From NCBI GenBank assembly GCA_012295275.1, contig CM022671.1, positions 25,668,001 to 25,732,000 of the forward strand: a DNA stretch of 64,000 nt. The letters run 5' to 3'. The notes under the pieces are model-generated. The model was not told the origin of the DNA and did not search any database. It saw nothing but the letters and a program-made list of their open reading frames with translations. Numbering within the stretch: position 1 is the first letter of the stretch; each line of letters opens with the position of its first letter. Shown piece after piece: positions 13,901 through 41,180 of this stretch. Source of the DNA: Chrysomallon squamiferum. Its lineage: Eukaryota; Animalia; Mollusca. The position numbers and the translations under genes are program-made.

Positions 13901-16900
13901 GATTGTTGCTGTGGCAGAGCTTCTGTTGGACCCATATTATAGGACAATCAAAGTAAGACTTCTAATCAGAGAATGATTTCTGAAATACTAGAAAATTATC
14001 ATGATGCCGATTCAGAGCCTAAAAATAAACAGTAAAATATATAATTTTTAAGAAACTAATTAAGGCCACTCATTAATGGTTATGTTATAAAAGGATTTAT
14101 TTTTCCTTTGAATTACATCCAATTTCCTTATTTCGTCTGTAATTTAAAAAAACAAAATGTATTTCTGTTGCTGGTTGTTGTTAGTATTATTTTACTGTTC
14201 TTTTGGCTTGTAGGGTTTCCAAGCACTCGTAGAGCGTGAATGGCTTGAATTCGGCCACAAATTTGCTGACCGTTGTGGACATGCTATCAGCTCTGATGAC
14301 TCTAATGAGAGATCACCAGTTTTCCTCCAGTGGCTCGACTGTGTCTATCAGCTGATCAGAAAATTTCCATGTGCTTTTGAATTTAATGAAGCTTTCTTGG
14401 TGAGTTTCACAATGTTAATTTTAAAAAATTCAGAACAGAGTATCATTTTTCATTTAAGATGTTTATCTTCACTTCAGCAGATTGCTAATTAGTGAATCTT
14501 TTTTTATTATTATTAATTCATTTGTTAATGTTTAGCATGCTCTTACATACTACTGTTTCATACATTTAGTATTTAGTTTCATCCTGCTTTAATAATGTTG
14601 ATTTTCTTTATCTGCTGTAATTCAGGTGAAAATGGTACAGCATACATATTCATGTCTCTATGGGACCTTCCTGTGTAACTCATCCAAAGAACGACACAAA
14701 GAGAACATTGCTAGCAAAACAGTTTCCTTGTGGACACTCCTTTTCAACAACAAGAAATTCCATAATTGTCTTTACAATCCATCAGTGGACCAACATGTAA
14801 GATTTTATGTTAACTTAAGTAACTCATTAAGATTTCACTAATTATAGCTATATTTGAATTATTACAAATTGTTAACAAATTTCAGAAACCTGAAACTTTT
14901 GGTATTTCTCAATTTAATGTCTTAAATTAAGGATTTAATGATAATGATATTAGGCTTTGAAAACTCAAAATTCCCTGATGTTTTCATGAAGTTTTTTGGT
15001 GGTGATTATGGGTTTGTGACAGCAAAGCAGAATGAAGTATGCATCACTGCTATAAGAATTACTATCATAGAGATGCACTTGTAACAGATTAATAGTAATT
15101 ACTGTTTTAAATATTTTATTTATTGGATTAAATTTTTTGCTTAATATATTCTTGATGATTCTTAATCTTTCATGATGCTTACATAAAATGTGTAATGTGA
15201 ACTGTAAGCTGTAATATGTGCTGTATATTTTATATGGAATTTTTATGATGAAGAAATAAATTTTCTTTTTTGCTGTTTCTTTTTTTCTTTCAGGTTTTAT
15301 ACCCAGAATACAGTATTCATCAACTTGAACTATGGTTTTCTATTTATATGTCTGCAAATTCCTTGGAAACAAGTCAGGATCCTGTTGAAGAAAGTATTAA
15401 ACCTTCTGAAGAGGGGGACATAACCCCAGATGAAGAACCAGCTGGAGTGCAGAAAACACGATCCTGTGAAAATCTGGCCACTTTGGCTGACCACGCCCCT
15501 GTTGCAGGGCGGAGAATGAGTGATCCCAACATTAGCCATGCAATGCAGGAGTCAGGCCTACTTATTAAAGATGTTAATGCTACAAATGGATTATCAACTG
15601 AAGCCGATTCAGAAAATGTTAATAAAACTGATCTTTTGTTGAATGGAAATGATGTGGAGCAGAATGGTAAAGAGGAACAGACAGAATCCACAGAGTTAGA
15701 ACAAGGATCATGAAGATTGTCACATGAATGGGTTTTTGGAAAATGGAAACTTAATGAGTGAAGTCCCTGAAACAAATGGACACAGTGAAAGCCTCAGTGA
15801 CACAGGCAGTGAGAATTCAGATACAGCAGAAGCTGAGAAGGCAGTGCAGACAGCATTGGATATCTCCTTGAGGAATGACTCCCAGAGTTCACTAAATGGA
15901 ATTTACACTAATGGACACACAAGTGACACAAATGGTATTCAAGAAAATGGAAATGGTTGCCTACTTGAGAATGGGTCAGTGAATATAATAAATAAAAAAT
16001 TTATCCAAAGAACTCCTAGGTCTGTTGAAAGTTCAACAGACACAATTATTGATGACAACGGCCCAGAAATTGGCCATAATGCCATTTTAAATGGTTTGTC
16101 CAGTGAAGTGATAACAGAAACATGTCCAGTAAGAAAACATTTCCATAAAAACTCAAGTATTAGTACAAGCACCAGTGATATTAGTGATCCTCATGTTAAT
16201 AGTAGCTTCAGTGATTCGCACACTCCGGTTGATCTAAAGTTATTTTGCCAGCAGCCTGTTCTCAAACTGGACTGTACACTTGCTGGAAGACATGATAATG
16301 TAAATAGTCCAAGTCCTTCTCAGTCTTCTTCATCGATTCCAACACCACTAGGTTCCAGAAATTCCACGTGTCCACCAACCCCAGGGACTGGTGATGCAAA
16401 GGTTTGGTTTAGAATGTTTGGTTTCACGTTTTAAGAACATAATTTGATTTGAAACCCGATTTTTTATAATTTTGTTTTTAAATGTATTAAAAAGGTTCAA
16501 CAGAAATAAAGTAATTAACAGGGAAAGCTTGATGGTGTCACTGTTTTAAAAAAAAAGTAATTATAGCTTTTATCAAGTTTTATTTTTTTTAAAATATTTT
16601 CTTTAGCGAGATTTCAGATAGAATTAAAAGAAATCAAGGTTGTTCAAAAAATAGTTTTAAATGAAAATGTTTTTATTGTTTTTCTTTTTTTAAATGACTA
16701 TCTTATGGAAATGTGTGTTTGTAATGTAAAAAAAAAAAATGTAATAATAAAATAAACAGAATGACTGCATTATTAATATATATTCAGTAAAGAAACATCA
16801 AACACCCCCCATCCAATTTATAAATTTTTTAAATGAAATGTTTTTTTCAAGGTGCTAGAATCTCCATTGTCAAAACAGCTAAATGGCCTAAGTCGTCATC

Positions 16901-18144
16901 TTGATAGTGATGGTTTGACAGCGTTTGTTGACCCAGTACAACAGAGAATGCACCACATTGAGGCCGAGTACAAACGGCAGATAGATATGTTGCAGTTCCA
17001 CCTGGCTGCAGCTTGCAGAAAACTAAATGTCTTAGGATGCAATGGGATAGGAAGAGATCCAATTGAAATTGGTTCAGAAAATGTTAGTAATTGCAAAATA
17101 ATACATACTGACAGCTCAGGTATAAAGTTAGTGGAAAGCTTTTAATTTACTTAAATTAAGAGGTTTTTTTATTATTTTTTTCTGTTTTAGACCAAATGTT
17201 TATGGAATCTGATTGAACACCTGCAAGAAAGAAATTTTGTTAAACATGGCATATTTAAATAATTCATTAATAACAGCATAATTTGGAAACATCCTGGATA
17301 ATGGCAGGAAAATGGTTAAAAAATTAAATATAATTAACAGAAATGATTGTTCATAACAGTGACATTTGAAAGAGTTAGTAGTCCCAGATATATGTACAGA
17401 TTCTCTCTCCTTTTTGTCTTAATATTAAAGTATTTAGAAGTGGAGGACATTTATCATATGTTAAATTTTAGTGTTTGTTTTGATACCTTATAGACAGCAC
17501 ATGTGATGCCAGAAACTATTGATGGAGAATATTCATCTCTTGGCAATTTGAGTAATCCAGCATCGGATCAGAGCTGGGATAAGATGGACGAGGATGACAT
17601 GAAGATGACTCTGTGGGTTCCTGACCATGCAGTCACACACTGTGCTGGCTGTGATAGTATGTTCTGCGTGGTCAGAAGAAGGCACCACTGCAGGTGTGTC
17701 TTTAATCAAAGCTGCTAAAAACAAATTCTCATTTAAAGAATTTGTGAGGAATTTGAATTTATTGTGACAAATTACAAAAAAAAAAATAATAAATAAATAA
17801 ATAAGTGTGTGTGGGTGTGTTTGTGTGTGTGCAAGACTGCAGGTGTCTGTGTCTCTGTGTGCACATGTGCAGGTTCACATATTCATTTTATTTTGTTTGC
17901 ATGGATATTTGTATGTGTATTTCACTGTGTATATTATGTTTTTATACTATTGCTATCATTGTCTGTTTCCAGGAATTGTGGAAAGGTTTACTGCGGTAGC
18001 TGCTCAAACTATTTTGCACCAGTTCCTCACCAGCAGCTGGAAGAACCAGTACGAGTTTGTCGAGACTGTCACATGAACCTCAGATCTTTTCAGATGCCCT
18101 GTGTGACTGAGGACACACGTGTAGCAATTCTTGTTCCTGAATGA
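7955..18144 (+). CDS. MTMR4: Myotubularin-related protein 3/4-like phosphoinositide 3-phosphatase with FYVE domain (multi-exon; frame break at ~15700-15713)
   Basis: Phase-compatible coding exons: 7955-7957 (ATG|gtaagt), 9208-9503, 10400-10557, 10722-10824, 11063-11176, 12456-12625, 12782-12892, 13216-13327, 13757-13952, 14214-14399, 14626-14796, 15294-16401, 16852-17082, 17494-17693, 17973-18144. N-terminus [23 protein letters not shown]...VPFPPLCGE resembles MTMR3/4; [10 protein letters not shown]; catalytic [10 protein letters not shown] at 13866-13895; FYVE WVPD...RRHHCRNCG...RVC. Probably co-orthologous to vertebrate MTMR3 and MTMR4. Confidence 0.95.
13447..13697. repeat. Intronic 27-bp minisatellite, ~9 diverged copies
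   Basis: Unit approximately gttattgtcatatacatttcagtgtag, tandem, in an MTMR intron. Confidence 0.85.
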
Positions 18145-18321
18145 ACCAACATTACACGATCTGGCATTTGGTGCAGCCTCTTTATGTAATTCTTGATTGT
18201 AAGAAAAGTCACAAACATTTTAATTTTAATTGATGACGTTAAGAGTTGGATGGTTATTTTTAAAGGTTACAGTGAACAGTTACTTTGTTATTTTTTGTGG
18301 GAATCTTTGGGAAGTGGGTGC

Positions 18322-18366
<45 letters not shown>

Positions 18367-21226
18367 CAGTGAGGCAGTACTTTTGTTCCCAGTTTGAAGG
18401 AAAAAATTAGTTGAATTTACACCATTTTTGTTTCTCTGATTTTGACCAGTGTGAAATAAATTTTAAAATCAGTACCATTTGTTATACCTATTTCGTATTT
18501 CCGTATCTGAATTAGATTGTAACTGTTAATTCTTTGGTAATAAAACAAACACTGTAATTGTAACATTAATGTATTATTCCAGAAGCATAAATATGAAGTT
18601 CACTTAAATGAAACAAAATTTATAAATGTAAAACTTTCAATAAATAATAGCAAGTTTGACATAATTTTCAAGAAATGACCTTATAATTTAAAAAAAAAGT
18701 AAAAAAAAAAATGAAAAAAATGAAAGTCGTACTGTAATCTTAGACTAAATAGTCAAAAGTGAGATAAGTTTGTAGACTTTCTGATACTTCAGCTTACAAA
18801 ATCTGACAATCTGATAAAATTATAAACTTTTTCTAAAAAAAAAAATATTAAAAAAAACAACCCACAATAATAACACTATATTAATGAAATTAAAAGTTTC
18901 ATTTGACAGACTTCGAGTTTATGTTATACATGCAGTGGAGGCATAAGGGGTTAATTCTTCAGTCTCAAAGAGTTCATATTTCTTGTGTGATAATCACTTT
19001 GTTTTGTCTGCTTGACAACAGTCTCTTCTGCTGCAAGTTCTGTGTTTTACACAACAGTTCAGACTTTATAAAAATACAGTAACCTATGTTTGAGATAATC
19101 TTTAAAATTCTAAAGTGTTTAAAATTTTGTTTTAAATTAAATAATTTTAATTATCCTGATTATTTTCTAAATTTAATTTAATTTATTATTATTTTTTCGG
19201 TTATAGCCAAAATAAAGCAATAATTTGAAAATAAATTTCAGATTTTCCCATATGGCGAATTAAATATAATACAACTGTAATAAGTCATGATAAAAATTGT
19301 ATTAGTCATTACAGCATTCAAATTAATCTTTGCACATTACCAATTATATTAAATAAATAAGCCATAGGAAACAGAAAACAGTTCAAAACACACTGTTGTC
19401 ATTTTTGTTTTGGTGCTGGGAGAAGATTGATGGATCCATAATGAACTGATGTGCAATTTCTATTCTGTGATAGCAAATGCCATGTTCCGATTTGTTTTAT
19501 AATACAGATGACATTTGTGCCTGACTGAAGTGATAATATATGCAATGATGGAGGTGACATTGATAACTGATACTATTTGAAAAGAAAACAAATATGTACT
19601 GTTGGTTCTCTGCACAGACAGCACACAGTGCTATACTGAATAGATTATTGTTTTTATTGGTGTGACCATCCATTGTGAGCAAAACGATTAGCCTCTTACG
19701 AATATTATTAACCTTTATTATTGTACAGATTTTCACTTGTTATCAAGTTGTACATGTGTTAATACTAGTTACAAATGTATGTATATGTATATTTTGCACA
19801 CCTTGATTGGCTATTTACTTTGTAATACATTATGATGCTGGTTTGGGCTGAAGTTTTATAACACAGGCAGTATTTGCATATAGAAACTGATTGGGAAAGA
19901 ATATCATAGATCGGTTTCTGTTTTGTTATGATTTTTTTTTTTTTTTTTATTCATTTTCATTGAAGTACAAACATTTCTTACAAAATGTGTTTTCAAAATA
20001 TTGAAATGACACCCTTTTAAAATTGATATCTTTTTTTTCTTCTTTTTTTATCTATATTATTTATAAATATCCATTTATTTATATTTCGCAGTATTTAAAA
20101 GTATTAAAATTCAATCAGTAAAATAAATAGAAATTATATGTTAATTAAATATCTGTTGAAATCATTTTAATTATTTCCTAAAACATCTGCATTAAACATT
20201 TAATTTAATATTTGAAAAATCTACAACAAAAGTATTCATAATTTGTATTTTGGGGTCAGGGGTTTTACTGTTTTTTTAAAATACAGATTCTTTATAGAAA
20301 TGTTTTTCAAAAAGTAATGAAAATTAATTAATATTATTGCTTTGGTGAAATGTGGGAGGGCATGGTTAAAATTAGTCTGCAAGTTATTTATTTATTTTTT
20401 TGTTATTTTAGTTCATTAATATCATGTTTTTTGGTTTTTTTATTTATTATTACAGAAGTTTAAGAGAATGGACATTTTCCATTATATATATCTTTAATCA
20501 AACAGGCATTTAATATAATTTCTTGTAGTTTAAGTCAAGGGGGGCAACAGAGATATCTTAGCTTTTATTTTTGCTATACGTCTACTTGTTTTGAGAAATC
20601 AAGTTTTCTGTTAATGATTCCTTCTTTTTTTTAATTTTCATTTTTCATTTTACAGTACAGTTTAGGTCATTGTTTTGATAAATCCCATTATGATCCTTTC
20701 AGAATTTTAAAATATTTTTTTTTTTTTTTTTTTCCCCTATTATAAGGTGCTTAATATAAAAAAATAAAATCAAGCTTTTGAAAATCAAGCAGATGGTATA
20801 TCTGTTGCCTGACAGAGACTAGATGATCCTGATAATATCCATGCAATATTTGTGTGCCAATTAACATCATAGTCATATGTTTATTCACTATAGAAAGGAT
20901 TCCTCAGGAATTTATTTTCACATTTTTATTTACTTTTTTAACCTAATTTCCAGTTTGTCATTCTGTCAGCCAAAGGTCAGACAAAATTGTCAAATTTGTT
21001 TTAACATTCATGAAACTTGTGTAAAAAAAAAAAAAATGAGACCATAAAATAATTTTGTTTTGTTATTTATTTTTTTTAGAATTTAAAATTGTTTATATAA
21101 TTATAAAAAGAATTGAGGCACACATCATTTATATATATCACTGTATGTTGAAAGATTTCATCTCATCTAGTCCTCTAATTCTTCTGAATCAAATATATTG
21201 CTTTTTTATAGGTGACCTGTGTGAAG

Positions 21227-21263
<37 letters not shown>

Positions 21264-23239
21264 TTTGTAGATATAATATTGAGAAAAATGCTACTAATTA
21301 TTTTTTTAAAGTTAAAATTAATATTTCCATAAATGCCCATAGTTGGTACAAAAACAAGAAAGAAAAAAGAAGAAAAAATTATAATAATAATAAATAGCAT
21401 CTGATCTTCAAAAAAATTTTTCAATGATTTTATTTTTGTTTTCATTTTAATTTATATTTTAATCTTTGGATTTTTTTTTTTTTTTGATTTTTTTAAATAA
21501 AGAAAGAAAAAGAAGAAAATTAATATTTACAACCTGTTTTAGCCAGTATATATATATCTCTTTCCTTTGCTCAGAAGCTTAATAATTTCCAATGCAATAA
21601 ACATCCTTAAACAGTATTTTTTTTTTTTTTTTTTTTTTTTAAATAGTAAAAGAAGGAAAAGAAATTTTCAAAAACTATTTTGATAAGTATAATTATTTCC
21701 ATTTTCTTTAACTGATTTATGGTTTGAACTCCATTGAAAGGAAATGTATCTAAATGTATAGAAAGTATGTGCTTAATCTGAACTGTTTTGTTATTTGTTA
21801 AAAATAAGGCTTTATATGAAAATGAAAATAAAGCATAAATAAATAACATTTGTTGTTTTTCTGTACTTAAAAAAGTGAGATAAAAAATAGTAGAGGAGAG
21901 AAAAATAAACCACACGCAAACTAAACAAAATGTTCTTGTGAATAGAAAGATTATTTGGTAACACTTTGTAATAAATAGAGAAGAAAATTGTTGCAGCTAC
22001 ATTTCTCATTAATTAGTTTTTTACCCATCCATACACTGGTGTTCAGTCAAGTAGTTATGTATACCAAATGGAGCAGGAAGTAGCCATATCTATTTTTGGT
22101 ATGAGGTCAAAATGTTCAGCTATTGTCCAGTAAACTTTAATTTCTTGTGGTACTATATAACTTAATATTGTTTGCCTCTAACAAATGGAGATATACAGAA
22201 TGAGAAATGTGCATTTTAATGCCAAAAATTCATTTAGTTGCAAATATTGATATTAGCTGCAAAGTATTTTTGGAAAAACAAAAGGATCTTGCAAAAAATA
22301 AAGAAAATGCTCTCTTTATATTTGTTAACATTTGTTGGTGTTTATATTTTTGTTATCATAAACCCCGTTTATACACCAACACCACATACATATACACTGT
22401 TAAGAAGTTTGCTATTATCTACCTTATTTTTGGTTGCCATGAGAGATTATAGGAATGTTCTTTAGCTGAAGTAATTAACATAAAAAAAAAAAAATATGAA
22501 ATGGTGAATACACTGAACTGTCAAATATATTAAAATAAAAAAAAAAAAAAAAAAAAAACCCACATCATTCAACCCACATATTTTATTTACTTATTTACTT
22601 AATATATTTATATACATATTTTTTTATTATTTTTGTTCCATTCTTGTCCAGTTTGTTACGAAGTTGAGGCATATCGTAATATATCATAATAAAAATTACC
22701 GGAATATTCAGGCATAATATTACATATATGTTTAACATGCCACTACCCATCTTCAGCTGTAATTTTTTTTTTTTTTTTTTTTTTATCCTTTTCTTCATCT
22801 TGTACGTTTGTTTTTGTTTTTTTACATAGCTTTCGACATTTTGTATGTAATTATTAAATTATATACAAGAAGCAAAACAATGACGAAATTTCTTTACAGC
22901 GACTTTAATCTAAATTAGTATACACTGAAAATTTACTTGAATGTGACTTGTAATGTGTTACACATACACTCTTCATGGGAATCAAATTACGTTTTTATTT
23001 GTATTTTTCCCCACCCACATTGGTTACATTTTTTGTTTGTGTGTAAACACCAACATAAGCAACTTTGGAAAAGATTTTTCTTAAATGATAATAAAGTTAA
23101 GCTGAAAATTAAACTGGTTTTTTTCTTCTTCTTTTTCTTTTACTAAACAGAAAATGCTAGTTTCTCGGACTTTTTGTTCCTTATGTTGCTGAAGTCATTA
23201 TTCCATGGTTGGTTTATTACCAAAATAACTTCACAAAGT

Positions 23240-23560
23240 TACTTCCGGTGACGTAATGTAAGTACTCCTCACTTTTATAAGTAGTACTAACTAAATTCAT
23301 AGTATTTTATTTTATTTTATTTTATTATAAAACATAAATTACTATTATTGGGTTTTTAACTAAATATTAAACGAAATCAATTATCATACGAATGCGTACT
23401 GTAAACCCGTTTTTGTTTGAAACCATCCGGTCTAACAGCGCATGCCCACTTCGCCATCTTGTGTCGGAAGGAATCTATTGCAAAGTATATTGAAAAATAT
23501 TCTACACACGCTGTATTGTTCGATGGTTGCTACAGAAAACGATCTTCAGAAAGAAATGGT
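23240..23560 (+). promoter_or_regulatory. TAO kinase promoter and probable non-coding first exon
   Basis: ETS ACTTCCGG fused to CRE half-site TGACGT at 23241-23254, YY1 CGCCATCTT 23452-23460 followed by CGGAAG, CpG enrichment; candidate donor after 23558. Confidence 0.55.
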
Positions 23561-23946
23561 ATTAACTACACGAAGTTAATTATTGTTATCTTATTTATGC
23601 CTGTTTATAAAAGAGAGTGGATATATCTTTACAATATTTACCAGATGCCTCCCATTTGACAATCGGAAGTAAAAAAAAAAGTATTTTTGACTGTCAAGAC
23701 TGAAAAAAAAAAGTTTAATTAAAAAAAAAGATATATATATTATTATTATTATTAAGCCCGCAATTCTGACATGTTAACTGAAGAATATACTAATTTATAT
23801 ATTTACAATTGTTGACGAATTCGCATGATCCATTTCGTTAAATATTATTGTTAGTGTAATTTAATTTTAATACTATAATTAGAGATCATTCTTTATCAAA
23901 TTGATGGGTACCCCATTGACCCCTGTTCTGAATTTAATATTATGAG

Positions 23947-23991
<45 letters not shown>

Positions 23992-25530
23992 GTTGTTGTA
24001 TAAGGCCACCTAATCCTTTAATATAAAATCAGAATATTTGCATTTTTAATGCACAACTTTGGCATTATGTTAAATGTTTTATTGTACATTTGTTTACATT
24101 GTTCGTGTCTGCTTTATTGTCATATTTCCACCATTTATAATTTTGTTCATTATTCTCAGTGAGTGTGTTATCTATGTGTTATTAAAAAAAAAAAAAGGAG
24201 TTAAATAATGATTATAAAAACCTATTTTTTCATCCTTCGTATTAGTTTCCATAACATTGATGAAACATTTTATTTGAATAATAATTACAGTTTTTAAACA
24301 TTATTTGTTAAACAGAATAAAAAAAAAAAAAAACCTCCCAAACATGTGAGGATTGTATTTCAACCAAAATATTTAACTTCTTTGCCATAGGATGGAAAAT
24401 AGTTAGCATGTGTTATCTCATCTAAAATTGTCACTGTTATTTTAAATAATACATTATCATCAGAACTGTCTTCATTCATACTTCATTATCATTTCTTATA
24501 TGTAAAAAGTCTGGAAAAGGGATAAATATTCATAATTGTATATTAATTGTACATATTAATATTATTAATGTTGAACTGTTATTTCTCCTTTTATAGATAT
24601 AATTTGGGGAATATTTTTTTAAAAATGTGTAAATTTTAGGTACTTATTTAAATATAATAAACTTTTTGAATGTAATAAGTATATTTTTCTTGATAACAAA
24701 GTCACATTACTATTACAGTTCACAATATATTTTGCACAGTAAACATGATATGTTGTCATGTTATGCAGTTAAGCTGGGCAAAATATTCAGGGAAGATAAA
24801 TACTGTTTTGTTTGAAATTGTTTTTGCTGTATGTTTTTCAGGATCAAAACAATAGCAGATTATATATTACATATTGGACTGTATTCTATACCATATTATT
24901 ACTACTATGACATTCCATGTAAAGTATTTGTTGACATTGTTAGAACATCAACTGTAAACCTTTTTTTTTTTTTTTTTAAATTAGCATCTTGTTTTATTCC
25001 TTTTTTTTTGACATTTAGGTAAAAGATTTTTAAGGTAGCTTTATGACAGCTATTATATCTTAGTATTGAAATAACTTGTATTATTGTCTTCTGAAGTAAA
25101 TAATTTGGGATGGGTAATTTATCTCTGGTTGAATTTATACTACTGGAGGTGGGAGTAAATAAATCTATATTATTAAAAAGTAAAATAAATTTTGTTTAGT
25201 TTTATTATAATTTGTTTTCATCTTTACACTGAATATAAATACTGAGTGTTTCAGCAGACAGATGATAAATTGTAAATATGGATACTTTTCTTAAATAGTA
25301 CTAATTTCAGTTTTATGCAATGCAGGCTAGAAAAAGAAGAAACAATTTCACACCCTATGAGTAAGAAAATTTAATATTTAGAATCAACTTTTCTTTTTGT
25401 TATTCATCAGAAAGGTTTTTGAAAAAACAAAAATAAAAATGAAACAAAATTATTTGTTCCAAATGTTACATCAATTTTCAGTGAAACTTTGTTTTGTGTG
25501 TTTTGTAGGGGGAAGCACTATAACTGCTGC

Positions 25531-25575
25531 ATGTTAAAGACATTTAACGACCTCTGCGTCCTTAACCTGAGGTAG
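25531..25575 (+). promoter_or_regulatory. uORF ([14 protein letters not shown]) in TAO kinase 5' UTR
   Basis: ATG 25531 to TAG 25573-25575 inside the exon starting 25509; ends 17 nt before the main ATG, different frame. Confidence 0.55.
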
Positions 25576-25592
25576 AGGTCAAAAGCCTCAGG

Positions 25593-38127
<12,535 letters not shown>

Positions 38128-41100
38128 CTACGGCTTTTCCTTAACCATCTTCCGTTAACCTTCCCTTCCTCGTTACAGATACCAGCATACATACACACAC
38201 ACACACACACACATGTAGGTGTGTGTATCTATGTACAAGTGATGTGTAGATGTATGTAAGAGGTAATTTGTTTGGTTTTTTTTTTTTTTTTTTTTTTTTT
38301 CAAATGAGTGCGACCTGAGTACTGGGTCTGAAATAAACAGTGTGATATTTTAACTGACACTTGCCACATTTAAAGTCATAATCCCATGTTATGCAAGACG
38401 ACTGACTGCAAAGCTGAAACTGGTGGCACAGCTGTTTTCCTTTCTTGTCGACTGCGATGGGCAGAAGAGACACAGAAAGACTGGTTTATACATGATTGCA
38501 ATAATTAGTCAAAATAATTGTTGATAACCAAATACTGTATATGTTCATTTGTGATTTGACTTGAGCCTGCGAGACTGATGTGTGTGAACGTGTCACCAAG
38601 AACAACAGCTACAGCTACTATTACTACTACTACTACAACTACTACTACTACTACTACTACTACAGCTACTACTTACTACAGTGACATGACGTTGTAGCTC
38701 TGTTGAAAGAGCAGTGCAGTCCATGTGGGATACACTGTTCCACGTTAATGTCATTGCGTTATCTCTCCAAGCATAACGAACACGTCGTCCATGCTTTCTT
38801 AAAAGGTGTGACTGGCCTGATGCTTTTATATATATATATATATAAATAAGAATGGTCTCTAGCTCAAGACTAAAGATGTAGATTCATTCATTATATAGGT
38901 TCCATGATAGTCTTTAAAATGATACTAAACACTAAATATTTTAACAATGCCAGTGAAAGCTGCAGTATCGTACAGTGTATCTATTTCTAGATGTTTTGGT
39001 TATCAGAATAGGCAATACAAACATTTACCACATGTACCTATTTTAATCTTATTTGTACGTGAGATTATATATAATATCCAGAGCTCTAATGTGGATTATT
39101 AAGACAAACTGATGTTGGGATAACCTACATCAACCCACTCTCCCCAACAAATCTTTGTCTTTAAACTAAATTTTCTGATGTCAGGGACCAGGGCAGGGTT
39201 TCATACTGTTTGATATCCGACTTCAAAACCAAAATTTATTTGAGGAATTTGTCAGTAATTATTAAAAGGATTAACATCAGTGGAAAACTGTATGACTGCC
39301 GTTTTCATGTTTAAAAATTTTTTTTTACAAATTTTATTGGGCAAAAATCTTTAATATAAACTTCTTTTAATCAAGTTTACTTTATTGAAACATGGAAGAA
39401 AAAAAGAAAAAAACTTTAAAAAGAGTAAAATCACTGTAGTGAAATGAACAGTCAAGTAAAAGTGGTGCATATAATTATACCAATAACATGAAAAACTAGA
39501 GTATTGATGGTACCCAACAAGATGGTTACGCTTACAATGAAATGAATATATCTCCTCTACTTCATAATGCTGTGAAATATAATGAACACAATTTATTATG
39601 TCTTCTGTCCATTTCTTCTTTGGATTCTTCTCACTGAAAATGCGATAAATGTTTACTGGTCTGCAAAATTTAAGGACTGCTGTGGAGATTAACTTTTCCT
39701 TTCTCATCTTCATTTAATGTTTTTCTGCTGTCTTTGTGTTAATTTTACAGTTGTAATGGCTTTAGTTATTGATATTTTCACAGCTGACTAAGAATTAAAT
39801 TCGTTTTTTTTTCGTTTTTTGTCTTTAATAAAACTAATTTAAAGAATAAATTAAATAAATGCACTGTTGAGAGTGGTAATGGCAGAAGCTTCAAGTGAGA
39901 ATCAAAGAATTGTTTATTTTTTCTTGAATATTATTTTTAGATTTCAAAGCATGAAATAATGAAATGAGGCTAAATTAGTGGATGTAATTTTATATTAGTT
40001 TTTATGAAATTATTTCCAGTTAGATAAATATTTTTGTTCATTTTACTTTACAAAGCCTTACTATTTGATATTTTGTACTGTCCAGGAATTAAATTTAGTT
40101 ATTTTATTATGTCTTACAAAACTATTTGTAATTCTGAGTTTACTTGAGTTTTTTTGAGTTTCTGCTGGCCAGAGTAAGAATGGTGTTTGTATATTTTATT
40201 TTATTTTATTTTATTTATATATTTATTTATTTGGTTTTGTTTCATCATTTTTCTAAATATTAATGCAATTAGGAATCACCCACTTAAAAATATACAGTTT
40301 AGAAATAAAACTGAGCCTGTGCTTTCAAACACAGTCCTTTAGACCACATGGACTGATGTTTAAAAAAAAGAGACAATATACGTGGTGAGCAGGTTATTTT
40401 TCAGTCACAGTGTACATTAACATATTAACACTGTACATTTCTTTGAAGTCAAAAATAACCATATGACTTATGTATACATTTAAAAATTATAACATGATAT
40501 ATTAATTACTGAAATATAATTTGCATTTTTGAAGTGAATAGCATTATTTTTAATTTTATTTATTTACTGGAGCTTCTTGTTACAAACTTTAGAATTTAAA
40601 TTTTACACAAATAGGCATCTGAATTTTTTTTTTTTTTTTTTTTTTAAGAACTTAAAAGGGTAAAGCTTTACGTATTTAAATTTAAAAAGTGCTGAAATTT
40701 CTTATTTTTTAATTATGATCGGTTTGCACCTGATTTTTGATATCCTGAACGAAATGGTGCTTTTTATTTATTGTTTTTGTTGTTTTCTAAATCTAATTTG
40801 GTTTTTTTTTTTTTGGAAGAGGGAGGGTAAATTATTTTCATCTTTTTCAGTATGTTATTTTTTTTTTTAATCCTTGAAGAAAAAGAACAAAATTTGTTTC
40901 AGTACTCCATACCTTTTAGATTTTGTAACAGTAGAACTTTCATGTGTAAAATGAAAAGATTTGTTTTTAAATTTTTTTTTTACATTTTTTGGTTACAGAA
41001 TTTTAAATAAAAATTTACTCATCAAATTATGTATAAATATTATTTTTACAGAAATATGTATTAAAGCAAAAAAAAAAAAATCATTTCTCAATTTCTATGT

Positions 41101-41147
41101 CAACATTTTATTTTATTAATTTTATTATTTTTAATTTGTTATTATTT

Positions 41148-41180
<33 letters not shown>

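Noticed and set aside
15667-15699. Tiny intron gtaaag...ttag fixing the MTMR frame break
   Set aside because: 33 nt, a multiple of 3, so the frame is unchanged; no pyrimidine tract.
15330-16172. Minus-strand ORFs over the MTMR large exon
   Set aside because: Antisense shadows of coding sequence with no recognisable motifs.
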